From: Microgenomates bacterium OLB22
Lineage (GTDB): Bacteria > Patescibacteriota > Microgenomatia > UBA1406 > HO2-37-13b
Direction of reading: 5' to 3'
NCBI GenBank assembly: GCA_001567515.1
Contig: LLEV01000011.1
Location: forward strand, 1-49,651
DNA: 49,651 nucleotides
This document shows positions 9,646 through 19,238 of the stretch, in pieces. The notes beneath the pieces were generated by a model that searched no databases, was not told the DNA's origin, and saw only the letters and a list, made by a program, of their open reading frames with translations. The position numbers were made by a program, and so were the translations under genes. Position 1 is the first letter of the stretch. Every line of letters begins with the position of its first letter.

Positions 9646-11091
9646 ATGAAACCACTTTTATCCCGCCTATTTCCGTTTCTTGATTCCGGAAAAAAAGAAC
9701 AAGAAGCACTGATCGAAAAAGCACACCTTCGTGCAAAAGAGCTTGTAGTGAAAGCAAAGGAAGAAGCTCTCCAGATAGAGCTCGAGGCCGAGAAAACATC
9801 TCGTAAGAAAAAGCAAGACCTCCTCAGTAAAGAAGCTAATCTCGAAGCCCGTGAACAGCAAGTAGAAATACAACTAAAGAGAATAAATACAGATCGTGTC
9901 AGTCTAGATAAGGAGAGAGAATCTATTAGACTACGAAAAGAAGAACTGCTAAAGAAACTTGAAGAGATCTCTAAACTCAGCCAAAAAGATGCTCGTGAAA
10001 TGGTCTTGAATGCATGGGAAGATAAACTAAAAGGGGAGATCTCTAAAAAGATACGAGCTGCTGAAGAAGAAGTCCGAGCGAAGGCAGATGAGAAAGCTCG
10101 AGAGATACTCGTCGATGCAATACGCTTTGGTGCCGTTGACTATACTCCTGAGTATACGCTTTCCTCTATCTCTCTGCCCAGTGATGACTATAAGGGACGA
10201 ATCATAGGGAAAGAAGGTCGTAATATCAGGGCCTTTGAGCTTGCAACCGGTGTAGACGTGGATCTTGAGGGGGAGGGAGAGATTCGTATTTCATCTTTTG
10301 ATGCTGTAAGACGAGAAGTAGCAAAAGTAGCTTTAGAACGGCTTATCAAAGACGGCCGTATCCAACCACCACGTATCGAAGAGATCGTAAAGAAGGTGCA
10401 GCAAGAGACCGACAAGCTTATGGTCCAGGCTGGTGAGGACCTCTGTCACCGAGTAGGGGTCTATAACTTGCAGCACGATCTAGTGAAGATGTTGGGACGA
10501 TTTAAATATCGATTTTCGTATGGGCAGAACATGATTTTGCACACCCTAGAAGAGACGAGGATTGGCGTAGCCTTGGCACACGAACTAAAGGCTGATGTAA
10601 ATACCGTAAAGCTCGGCTGCTTGCTCCATGATATCGGAAAGGTTGTAGTTGATGAAGAAGGCTCGCACGTCCAGCTTGGAGTAGATCTCCTGCGAAAGTA
10701 TCGTCTTCCAGAGGCTGTGATCCATACCGTCGAAGCTCATCATGAGGATATCCCCTTTGAGTCAGTTGAGGCTGTCATCGTTTATATAGCAGATGCCATA
10801 TCCGGAGGTAGGCCAGGTGCTAGACACGAGGATCTGGAGGAATATATAAAAAGAATCAAAACGATCGAAGAAACTGCAATGAGCATGCCTGGAGTTTCCC
10901 AAGTATATGCCCTCCAAGCTGGTAGAGAGCTTCGCGTCATCGTGAAGCCAGACCAAGTGGGTGATGGGGATACCGAAGTCATGGGGCAAAAGATAAAAGA
11001 GGAGCTGGAGAAGAAGTTTCCTACTTTTCCAGGGCAGATCACTATCACTATCATAAGAGAGACGCGGACTACCACAACAACACACGGTTGA
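9646..11091 (+). CDS. rny: Ribonuclease Y
   Basis: Coiled coil, KH motif KGRIIGKEGRNIR, SYGQN, HD motif LLHDIGK, ADAISGGRPGAR, QAGRELRV. Confidence 0.96.
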   Translation: MKPLLSRLFPFLDSGKKEQEALIEKAHLRAKELVVKAKEEALQIELEAEKTSRKKKQDLLSKEANLEAREQQVEIQLKRINTDRVSLDKERESIRLRKEELLKKLEEISKLSQKDAREMVLNAWEDKLKGEISKKIRAAEEEVRAKADEKAREILVDAIRFGAVDYTPEYTLSSISLPSDDYKGRIIGKEGRNIRAFELATGVDVDLEGEGEIRISSFDAVRREVAKVALERLIKDGRIQPPRIEEIVKKVQQETDKLMVQAGEDLCHRVGVYNLQHDLVKMLGRFKYRFSYGQNMILHTLEETRIGVALAHELKADVNTVKLGCLLHDIGKVVVDEEGSHVQLGVDLLRKYRLPEAVIHTVEAHHEDIPFESVEAVIVYIADAISGGRPGARHEDLEEYIKRIKTIEETAMSMPGVSQVYALQAGRELRVIVKPDQVGDGDTEVMGQKIKEELEKKFPTFPGQITITIIRETRTTTTTHG

Positions 11092-11126
11092 TGTAGATTG
11101 TTACAGAAGGTTGTTTTAATTTCGGA

Positions 11127-11155
11127 TTGACAAGATAGTCAAAACTAAGTAACAT
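11127..11155 (+). promoter_or_regulatory. sigma70 promoter of hup
   Basis: TTGACA 11127-11132, 17 bp spacer, TAACAT 11150-11155. Strong SD AAGGAGGTGAT at 11187-11197. Confidence 0.75.
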
Positions 11156-11203
11156 GAGTTCCAGTCAAAAGTCGGCATTCCATTAAAAGGAGGTGATTGT
11201 GAT

Positions 11204-11477
11204 ATGACAAAAGCTGATTTAATCGCTCAAGTAGCTAAAAAGGCAAACTTGACAAATAAAGCTGCAAAAAGATGCAGTAAATACGATCTTCTCTCTCGTG
11301 GCCGATGCTCTTAAGAGAGATGAAAAGGTAGTGGTGACTGGATTTGGTACGTTCTTAGTACGAAAGCGTGCTTCTAGAAAGGGACGAAATCCTCAAACTG
11401 GTGCTGAGATTCAGATCCCAGCAACAAAGACTCCTGGTTTTACTGCCGGAAAATCACTCAAGCGTCTTGTAAAGTAA
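11204..11477 (+). CDS. hup: DNA-binding protein HU (absent from the ORF track)
   Basis: Removing one A from A5 11266-11270 gives 90 aa MTKADLIAQVAKK..VVVTGFGTF..RKGRNPQTGAEIQIPA..PGFTAGKSLK. Confidence 0.95.
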
Positions 11478-11504
11478 GATTCTTAGATTGACCAGCAAGC
11501 CCTC

Positions 11505-12726
11505 CTAGGCGAGGGTTTGTTTGGGTTTCTCCCTCAGTCTTCTCCATAGTAATCCCGCGATTACTCCCATGAGCAATCTGTCTTGATATGCCGTGATCCA
11601 ATAGTGGTCACCCAGCATGGTGATGCAAACTGCTAGGAATAATGGTAGGTTCTCTCGTAGGATAGTTCCGACTATCGACAAGATGTGCTTTCCCCACAAT
11701 CCGCCTATTACAAGACTCACCCCTCCCAACTCGGTGAGAGCGTAAAAAAAAACGTTATGAACAGGCTGTAGTTGCAACGTAGCTCCTTGTGTTGGTAGAG
11801 CGCTCAAGGTGCGCAAATGATTCCCTAGACCGACCCCCCAGAAAGGATGTTGCTTAATTATTCCTAGAGCATACGATATCCCTTCAAGTCTCCCTGTGAT
11901 ACTAAGTGGATCATCTTTCGTAAGGAGAGTAATAGCTGTAAGCATTAGTCCGGTGCAAATACTTAGTCCTGCTGTTAAAAAAGAGCGATTCTGCACGCCG
12001 TGGAGTAGGAAGGCTATGAGTAAAGCGCCAATGGCTAGTTGTGAGGCTGAGAAGATAGTGATTATGGCGCCCATGATTAGTATTCCTAGTTGCATAGAAG
12101 ACTTTGGGGTTTTAGCTGAATGTGGAAGAAAAAATAGCGCTACCACTACAAAAAAACCGGCCATTGCATTTGGGTGGGAAAAAGTTCCATATGGGCGAAG
12201 AAATTCCACCCCATCGATTGTTAGCTTAGCGATGCCAGGCATTGAAAGACTGATAGCTCGTTCACCCAAAAAGTACCATATGCCCTGAATACTTTCTTTT
12301 TTCATTGCTTGAAGCAGCACCAAAGAAAGTTGGACCCCTGTTGTCAAAAAAAAATCCCCAGGTAATCAGCTGGACTTCCTCTCTTTTGATGTGTGAGAAT
12401 AGTACACCAGTAAAAATAACCTGCAGAAGTCGTACATAAGAATAGAGTGTCCACAGTGGAAAGACTGAAAAAGCGATCATCCAGCTCACCCAGATGGAAC
12501 TCAGCAGTATTGGAAGGCCAGCTTTTTTAATGAATGGTTTGATCGAAGACCTCCAGTATGAAGCCACTAGTAATAGCCAGATAAGATCTGTTAGATATAG
12601 GGTATATGCCAGATGATCTATACGAATACCAGCTATATATGAGGAAGTAGCAAAGAAATAATGATTCAACTGCCATGGCAATATAAAAATAAAGACAAAG
12701 AGAAGAATGTCTTTGAACCCACTCAT
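11505..12726 (-). CDS. O-antigen ligase (Wzy_C)-like membrane protein, reconstructed
   Basis: LRPYGTFSHPNAMAG, PFWGVGLGN, QPVHNVF..LTELG, DHYW. Two ORFs join at A9 12346-12354. Confidence 0.85.
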
Positions 12727-12767
12727 AGTGGGGCTATTGTAGCAGAAGCGGTTTGTTAGAATAACGT

Positions 12768-13215
12768 ATGCAGATATTCAATCGACAGTATAAGCGTGAC
12801 TACTTAGAACTCGACACTTATGAGGCGGGACTAGTGTTATCAGGTGAAGAGGTGAAGTCTATAAGGGCAGGTAGAATTCAGCTTGAAGAGGCACACATCA
12901 AATTTGTGGCGAATATCCCCATGCTTATCAATGCCCATATCTCTTTGTATGCACACAGCTCTCGAGGGGATGAGTACGACCCCATCCGTAGTCGTCAACT
13001 TTTGCTGAATAAAAAGGAGATTATTGCCCTCCAGACGAAGCTCCATAAAGAGCCGAGATTGACAATAGTACCTAAAAAAATGCTATACTACAGGACGTCA
13101 TATAAAGCTTGAAATAGGATTAGTTCGAGGGAAACGTGCCTGGGAACGAATATCCACTGAAAAAGAGAAGACGGTGAAGCGTGAACAAGAGAAAGAAATA
13201 AAAGCGCGTGAATAA
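12768..13215 (+). CDS. smpB: SsrA-binding protein SmpB, reconstructed
   Basis: YEAGLVLSGEEVKSIRAG, R.LLLNKKEI. Fixing A7 13074-13080 restores IKLEIGLVRGK through to TAA 13213-13215. Confidence 0.94.
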
Positions 13216-13232
13216 GATATAATAAACCTCTC

Positions 13233-13594
13233 GGGGATGCTGGGTCTCGACGTGATGTGTCCTTTCATAAATTGCATAAGCGGATCTATCCGTCAAATAG
13301 AAAAAACTAAATGCAGACGCTTATCGCGGTCAGCAGCTTGCTTATGCGAATGCATATGCATACGTAAACTAAGCAGCCTTCGCTATACACAGACTCCGGG
13401 GAGTGTATAAAGCGGAGTTAACTATGCCGGAACCTGTACCACAAGATCTCGATAGTAGTGATTACAGTATCATATCGACAGTCTGAAAGACGTTTGTCTT
13501 TGTACTCTTCAGACAGCAGAACACAAAGACTACCTTATGCTAGAGGTTTTTGAAAAAACCATTGCGGACGCGGGTTCAACTCCCGCCATCTCCA
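13233..13594 (+). ncRNA. ssrA: tmRNA
   Basis: 5' GGGGATG..TCGAC. 3' GGAC-GCGGG-TTCAACT-CCCGC-CATCTCC-A with a G3-U pair. Internal tag ORF 13313-13372. Lies directly after smpB, with TATAAT upstream. Confidence 0.95.
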
Positions 13595-13699
13595 CTTCGA
13601 CTCGCTCCGACAGTTGTCGGAGCTTCGCTCAGTGTAAACACCCGAGCGAGTCGAAACCCTGAGCGGATCCCGAACGAAGTGAGGGAGTAGTCGAAGGGC
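13595..13699. repeat. Nested palindromic REP-like element
   Basis: Inverted pairs CTTCGACT 13595-13602 / AGTCGAAG 13689-13696, CGCTCAG 13626-13632 / CTGAGCG 13659-13665, TTCGACTCGCTC 13596-13607 / GAGCGAGTCGAA 13644-13655, and hairpin GCTCCGACA-GT-TGTCGGAGC 13604-13623. Confidence 0.85.
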
Positions 13700-13714
13700 A
13701 TATTATTAAATAAT

Positions 13715-13957
13715 ATGTTCTGGTATACGTACATCCTTATCTGTAGAGACAATTCATATTATGTGGGTATTACCAACAATATAGAAAAGAGAGTTATTTT
13801 ACATAATTCTGGAAAAGGGTCAAAATATTTACTATCAAAGCTTCCAGTTACTCTTGCGTATTCTGAAACATATCCAAATAAATCCGCAGCTAGGAAAAGA
13901 GAAGTACAATTAAAAGGATGGTCTAGAATTAAGAAAGAACAATTGATAAGCAGGTAG
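13715..13957 (+). CDS. Stand-alone GIY-YIG nuclease (UPF0213/YhbQ-like)
   Basis: YTYILIC.D.SYYVGIT..R...HN.GKGSKY..A.KRE.QLKGWSR.KK. AT-rich. Confidence 0.92.
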   Translation: MFWYTYILICRDNSYYVGITNNIEKRVILHNSGKGSKYLLSKLPVTLAYSETYPNKSAARKREVQLKGWSRIKKEQLISR

Positions 13958-14014
13958 CTGAGAAGTACTTAAAATCCTCTTCTGGCTTTGCATTTCGCAA
14001 TAAAAGATTGGTAT

Positions 14015-14043
14015 AAAAAAACCTCGGAGAGGATTCTCCAAGG
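14015..14043 (-). terminator. Intrinsic terminator of the 14052-14555 gene
   Basis: Minus strand CCTTGGAGA-ATCC-TCTCCGAGG followed by T7. Confidence 0.75.
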
Positions 14044-14051
14044 GTAAGGAG

Positions 14052-14555
14052 CTATTTATTTGGACTGACTGTACGAGCGATAGGGGACCCCGTCAGTCTC
14101 CCATGCCCATATAGGACAGCGACCTTATCTCCCACAGTAACTGCATCAAAAAAATCCCTTGTCACATTAATACACGTGGAATAACCTTCAATATCAAACC
14201 ACAACGTATATTGATCAGGATGATATGTGGTCGTTGGAACCATCACATTACCTGCAGGCATTATTTCATGAGTCGTATGTTCTGGTATAAATTTCTTCTG
14301 AACAATCGAAACACTGGCTGTATTAGTTGCCTTGACACCCACGTGATCAATTAAAGTGAAGCCCAACCAAATGGCCAGAGCTACCGCAAACAGGGTGATA
14401 AGTAGTATTAGAGTAGCCAACAGTCGATCTGTGAGGCTTGAATACGGTGAAAAAATATCTCCAAACAAGTCTCTGAACACCAGTTCCTCCTTATTACAAC
14501 GTGCTGTCAAGATTATATCCTTATAGGCCCTCATAGTCAATTGCGCCATCTTCAT
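14052..14555 (-). CDS. Hypothetical single-pass membrane protein with OB-fold-like C-terminus
   Basis: 167 aa, one TM helix, then a beta-rich region ending FDAVTVGDKVAVLY. Has its own terminator. Confidence 0.6.
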   Translation of the reverse strand: MKMAQLTMRAYKDIILTARCNKEELVFRDLFGDIFSPYSSLTDRLLATLILLITLFAVALAIWLGFTLIDHVGVKATNTASVSIVQKKFIPEHTTHEIMPAGNVMVPTTTYHPDQYTLWFDIEGYSTCINVTRDFFDAVTVGDKVAVLYGHGRLTGSPIARTVSPNK

Positions 14556-14574
14556 TTTTTGTTACAGTATTATC

Positions 14575-15264
14575 ATGTGTTGGTCAGCATCGGCAAGTAT
14601 CGCAGCTACAGCTATCGGGGGAGTAGCCACAGCATACTCTGCAAAAAAGAAAATGCCGAAAGTCCGTACGTTTACCCTTGCATTCTTCACTCTCATGGAG
14701 CTCCTTCAGGCGATCTCGTATATCTGGATAGATCAGTGTGACATGAGCGGGAATATACTGCTTACACACATAAGCTATATACATATAGCCCTTCAGATTC
14801 CGGTTGCCAACTTGTTTATGCTATCCTTTGTCTCCGAAAAGAATAGAAAGAAGTGGCTTAAGATAGTGATGGCCATATCCGCTATTGCCTCATTCCTAAT
14901 GCTCTTAAGGTGGTTTGGCCCACTTATATGGGTTCTTCCCAGAGAGCTACTGTGTAATATGAATGATGCACTTTGCGGGGTAGAGGCCTGTACTTATAGG
15001 GGTAACTGGCATTTGGCATGGAGGCTCCCGCTCATGGGATTTGATCCTCATGCTCTGCTCTACTTTGTCCCGGTATTCATCCTTCCTCTCTTGTATGGGG
15101 CGTGGCGCTTGTCACTATACCATTTCCTTTTTGGGCCATTTCTTGCATTTTTATCTACTACGGATCGCAACGAAGCGCCTGCCATCTGGTGCCTTTTCTC
15201 CATAGCCATCTTAGGCGCGATATTCTTCAGGCCACTGCGAAAATGGCTTGAGACTCCAATGTAA
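14575..15264 (+). CDS. DUF5765-like multi-pass membrane protein
   Basis: MCWSASAS, FFTLMELLQA..Y..IDQC, GNWHLAW, NEAPAIWCLFS. Confidence 0.75.
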   Translation: MCWSASASIAATAIGGVATAYSAKKKMPKVRTFTLAFFTLMELLQAISYIWIDQCDMSGNILLTHISYIHIALQIPVANLFMLSFVSEKNRKKWLKIVMAISAIASFLMLLRWFGPLIWVLPRELLCNMNDALCGVEACTYRGNWHLAWRLPLMGFDPHALLYFVPVFILPLLYGAWRLSLYHFLFGPFLAFLSTTDRNEAPAIWCLFSIAILGAIFFRPLRKWLETPM

Positions 15265-15360
15265 AAGAAATAAGGTGACTACTTAGATAAAGAACAGCTA
15301 ATGCGCTAGGGACAACTCAAAGTTTCTTTAGGTGCCAGACTCAATCATTTGCTGAATGTC

Positions 15361-15600
15361 TTATGGTACAGGATCAAAATGTCCCTTTTTGGAGAGGGGA
15401 TGGCAAGAGGATAGTCTCTTTACTGACAAAGCGGTCCCTTTGAAGAGCCCATAGTTCTCTAAAGACTCTATAGCATACCGAGAACAAGTGGGTTGGAATC
15501 GGCATGTAGAGCTCGGTACCCCAAGCCACGAAAAGATCCCAGCTCGAAGAGGCTTGAGTGATTGATAGAAGCGAATTAGCATTACTAAGAGCCTTACCAC
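15361..15600 (-). CDS. yidD: Membrane protein insertion efficiency factor YidD
   Basis: [34 protein letters not shown] start at 15600 inferred. Confidence 0.9.
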   Translation of the reverse strand: MVRLLVMLIRFYQSLKPLRAGIFSWLGVPSSTCRFQPTCSRYAIESLENYGLFKGTALSVKRLSSCHPLSKKGHFDPVP

Positions 15601-15623
15601 AAGACATATAGTAAAATAAGGAT

Positions 15624-16403
15624 ATGAAAATAGCAATCCTCACCCTGTTCCCCGACGTTGTCACCACCTACCTCGAAACGAGCATTATGAAACGTGCCGC
15701 CGATGCTAGAAACGTGGTCTTTGAAGTCATCGATTATCGAGACTTTGCCACTGATGTTCACAAGAGCGTAGATGACCGTCCTTTTGGTGGTGGGGCAGGG
15801 ATGGTCATGACAGCCCCTATAGTAGACAAGGCCCTACGATCAGTCCGTCAGAAGACATCTCATGTCATCATGACTTCTGCAAAGGGAAAGCCGTACATAC
15901 AAAATGACGCGCTGCGTTTGCGAGACAAGCAAGACCTCATCATTTTATGTGGCCACTACGAGGGATTTGATGCTCGAATCGAAAATTGGTGTGATGAGCT
16001 CATCTCGGTTGGAGACTTTGTTGTAACAGGAGGGGAGCTACCTGCGTTAAGCATCGTTGATAGTATCGTTCGTCTACTTCCAGGGGTGCTTCAGAAGGCA
16101 GACGCTATCGAAAACGAAACCTTCTTTATAGTCGCAATCGATGAGCTTCTCCCTTTGGTAGGACAAAGTAGAGACCTTGCTCTACTGAAGAAGCAGGGTA
16201 AGACACACGTACGTCTTGTTGAATATCCCCACTATACTCGCCCCCAAACATACAATGGCGCTTCAGTCCCTCCGATACTTATTAGCGGAAATCATCAAGA
16301 GATACAGCAATGGAAGTTGACCAAGGCATTTGAAGAGACAATACGATGTAGACCAGATCTCCTCAAGATCGGCTATAATACTGACGATGAAGGCCTTGAC
16401 TAG
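15624..16403 (+). CDS. trmD: tRNA (guanine37-N1)-methyltransferase
   Basis: [56 protein letters not shown]. Confidence 0.96.
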   Translation: MKIAILTLFPDVVTTYLETSIMKRAADARNVVFEVIDYRDFATDVHKSVDDRPFGGGAGMVMTAPIVDKALRSVRQKTSHVIMTSAKGKPYIQNDALRLRDKQDLIILCGHYEGFDARIENWCDELISVGDFVVTGGELPALSIVDSIVRLLPGVLQKADAIENETFFIVAIDELLPLVGQSRDLALLKKQGKTHVRLVEYPHYTRPQTYNGASVPPILISGNHQEIQQWKLTKAFEETIRCRPDLLKIGYNTDDEGLD

Positions 16404-18480
16404 TGGTATAAGACGTTTTGTTGTAACGCTCTCTAGGATAGAAGATGCCCCCGTGGCAATTTCTCTTAGTGCTTTTTGCCTTTCGCTCATGGCGCTCCTT
16501 TATGTGAAAGACACGTATTTTGGGTTCGTGTCGTTTCGCCCTTTTTTTGAGCGACTCCTATGGATCTTCCTTATCTTCGTCCCTATCATAGTGACCTTGT
16601 ATCAGAAAAAAAGGTCATTTCAACAGATTTCTCTCCTTTTATTCATTCCTGTCGTAGCAAGTAGCGCTGTCATAGTTCCCATCGCAAGTCGCGCAGATAT
16701 CTTTTGGCACGAGATTCTGATGGGGTATCTGGGACTCATTTTTTGCCTAGCTGTTCTCATGAGAGTTCAGTATGTTGTTCATCACCTTTTTTCAAAAGAT
16801 GCCCTGAGGATTGTAGGTGGGATTTTTATACTAGTTTTGATTGTTTTTGTGGGGGGTGACAGTTTTTCTCTTATTCTTCCTGTTGGGCTAAGAAGTCATC
16901 TGGTCCGCACATCCCCCATCTACTATCTTGAGTTCTTTCAGAGGGGCCTGGTCCCGGCTTCCTTTGCTCTATATGCTGGTCTTGTCTATGTTATCTCGGA
17001 GATTATCGTAAAGGTCAGGTCTCACAGGCGAACCTCTGCCAAGAAAATTTCTCAAAGAAAGAAACTCGCTGTTTTGGGTATATCTTTCATAATCCTCCTG
17101 GGGATCTATGTGCAGGACAAAACCTCCCTTTATATAGACTTTTCGGGTTCGCGTGGGTACAGTGTCTCTAGTCTGTTAAAAGATGCTACAAAGGAGGCTA
17201 AGAGAAAACAAACTCTTTATGTCTTCATCTCGAGCTCCCTTCCAGCGCGATATGTTTTTACGCGATCAATTATAGTTTCACTTGTTACACAGCTGAGATC
17301 TTCATCACTTGATGTTGTTGTCCTAGACCCCCATGCAGATAGCTTGGCTCGCCAAAAAGCTGAGAGATATCAAATCCCGTCTCTAGATCTACAAGACTCT
17401 CAATTGCAGTCTTATACGAGCACGACAGCTTTCTTCGGTGCAGCCCTACTGGACGGGGACAAAGTGGTAGCACGTATTCCTACTCTACTTAACCTGGAAA
17501 ATGTTCACTACGATTTATATCGCGCCTTCAAATCACAAGGTGCTACTAAGAAGAGGTCTCTTCAACTGCTGGGATTTCAAGATAGAGAGGGTGACCGACC
17601 AAATTTTTCTGGTCTATATCGCAGAGCGGAGCAGTTGTTTTCCATCATTGATACTCCTGCAACAGGGAGCGCTAGTTTGGAGGCAGATGCAACCCTGATT
17701 AGGGTTCAAGCAGACACCTCGTATGCCCAGGCAATTCCTGACTTTGAGGACTACATAGCCCGGGGTAACAGGTTGGTCATGCTTATCAATGGAGTCGGTC
17801 TCCTGTCTGGGGAAAAAGGTCTAGCCATTAAAGAAGCAAAACATGGCCTCGAGACGTTCCTAAATGACTACGGTATAAGCATGAAGAAATCTATTCTCGC
17901 CTCACAGTTTAGTGAGATAGTTCCGTTTTCAACAGAATATGGTCAGCAGCTGAAACCCTATCCCTATGCTTTGAAGACCAATAAAATACAAGTAGTCCCC
18001 AAACACACGGAGGTGGTCATGCCCTGGGCATCCCCGCTATCAATTTCTGGGGCATCAGGGATTAGCCATACCGTGTTAGTAACAAGCCAGAAGGCAACCA
18101 CCGAGGTGGTAGGGGTAGGAACGGTACTCCCCCAAGTGTATAAACCGGAAAACATTGAGCAGGAATATATCCTAGGAGCAGAAGCGAAAATAGAAGGCAA
18201 TGGCGGGTCTTTGGTCGTATTGGGCTCAGAATATATGGCTCACGATAATTATGTTGCGGCAACACCTGGTACATACGATTTGCTTGCCGGTGTGGTAGCG
18301 GGCAAAGATGCGGTCGATCTGGGAGTAGGCCTCAAGCATCAGTTATGGCATGTTCAGAGCCCTCGACCTTTTACCAGATCTGATATGTCTATGACTTTGT
18401 GCCTTATTGGAGTCATTGTGCCGTCCGGACTTCTCGTGTTTGCATATTGGCTAGGAAAAACAGAATACTGTATGTACTAG
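16387..18480 (+). CDS. GldG-family ABC auxiliary component fused to an N-terminal multi-pass (GldF-like) membrane domain
   Basis: About 7 TM segments, then IDFSGSRGYSVS (cf. GldG D.T....YSLS), VVLDP...A..Y.I, an IFT52/ABC_transp_aux-like region and a C-terminal TM. Confidence 0.65.
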   Translation: MKALTSGIRRFVVTLSRIEDAPVAISLSAFCLSLMALLYVKDTYFGFVSFRPFFERLLWIFLIFVPIIVTLYQKKRSFQQISLLLFIPVVASSAVIVPIASRADIFWHEILMGYLGLIFCLAVLMRVQYVVHHLFSKDALRIVGGIFILVLIVFVGGDSFSLILPVGLRSHLVRTSPIYYLEFFQRGLVPASFALYAGLVYVISEIIVKVRSHRRTSAKKISQRKKLAVLGISFIILLGIYVQDKTSLYIDFSGSRGYSVSSLLKDATKEAKRKQTLYVFISSSLPARYVFTRSIIVSLVTQLRSSSLDVVVLDPHADSLARQKAERYQIPSLDLQDSQLQSYTSTTAFFGAALLDGDKVVARIPTLLNLENVHYDLYRAFKSQGATKKRSLQLLGFQDREGDRPNFSGLYRRAEQLFSIIDTPATGSASLEADATLIRVQADTSYAQAIPDFEDYIARGNRLVMLINGVGLLSGEKGLAIKEAKHGLETFLNDYGISMKKSILASQFSEIVPFSTEYGQQLKPYPYALKTNKIQVVPKHTEVVMPWASPLSISGASGISHTVLVTSQKATTEVVGVGTVLPQVYKPENIEQEYILGAEAKIEGNGGSLVVLGSEYMAHDNYVAATPGTYDLLAGVVAGKDAVDLGVGLKHQLWHVQSPRPFTRSDMSMTLCLIGVIVPSGLLVFAYWLGKTEYCMY

Positions 18481-18482
18481 TA

Positions 18483-19202
18483 ATGATCGCACTGCTTAAG
18501 CACATAGCTTTGGTCCTTCAGTCCATTCTGCTCCCTCCCTTTTGTACTTCTTGCGGTGCTCTTGGTTCATATCTCTGCAAGAGATGTAAAGATACAATAA
18601 ACCCTTCATCACGGCAGGTCTGTTGCTATTGCTTGCGACCAGCCTATGCCGGGATTACGCATCATCGATGTCGAAGGAGGAGGGGTCTCGATGGTGCGTA
18701 CCATAGCTTTTTATACGACGGGGTTGTTCGCAAGGTCGTCTTCAAAACAAAATATGGGCTGAGGCACCAATTATTGACAGACTTTCTGAACGAGTTCCAA
18801 GAGGCCATCGTTGCGGGTTTCACTCTACTACTAGCGAATAAAGAACCCATTCTCATTCCCGTTCCACTCCATATGAGCAAAGTAAGAAAGAGAGGTTTTA
18901 ATCAAGCAGAGATATTGGCGAGGTGGCTAGCCAAAGAGACTGGCCTTCCTGTGCAGAAGAGCGTCATGCGAATTAGAAACACCTCTCCACAGAGTTCGCT
19001 CATCTCACGAAAAGATCGCAGAAGAAACATAATAGGCGCATTTCGCTATGTGTCGAAAGAACGACCCATAGATACGACAGCTATTATTGTTGATGATATC
19101 TGGACGAGTGGCAGTACAGCAAAGGAAATGTGTCGACTATTAAAACGAGTTGGATTTAAAACAGTTTATTTATTCACTCTTGCGGGGCCGTATGGGCACT
19201 AA
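18483..19202 (+). CDS. comF: ComF-family competence protein (zinc ribbons plus PRTase domain)
   Basis: PPFCTSCG..LCKRC, IPVPLH..RKRGFNQA, IVDDIWTSGST. Confidence 0.9.
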   Translation: MIALLKHIALVLQSILLPPFCTSCGALGSYLCKRCKDTINPSSRQVCCYCLRPAYAGITHHRCRRRRGLDGAYHSFLYDGVVRKVVFKTKYGLRHQLLTDFLNEFQEAIVAGFTLLLANKEPILIPVPLHMSKVRKRGFNQAEILARWLAKETGLPVQKSVMRIRNTSPQSSLISRKDRRRNIIGAFRYVSKERPIDTTAIIVDDIWTSGSTAKEMCRLLKRVGFKTVYLFTLAGPYGH

Positions 19203-19238
19203 TTGAAAAACCAAGCCATTTGGAGTATAACAGGGCTA

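Noticed and set aside
13595-13699. CRISPR array
   Set aside because: The repeats are inverted and nested, with no regular repeat-spacer periodicity and no cas genes.
13575-15360. Integrase-type island with a duplicated ssrA 3' end
   Set aside because: I found no direct repeat of the tmRNA 3' end downstream and no integrase.
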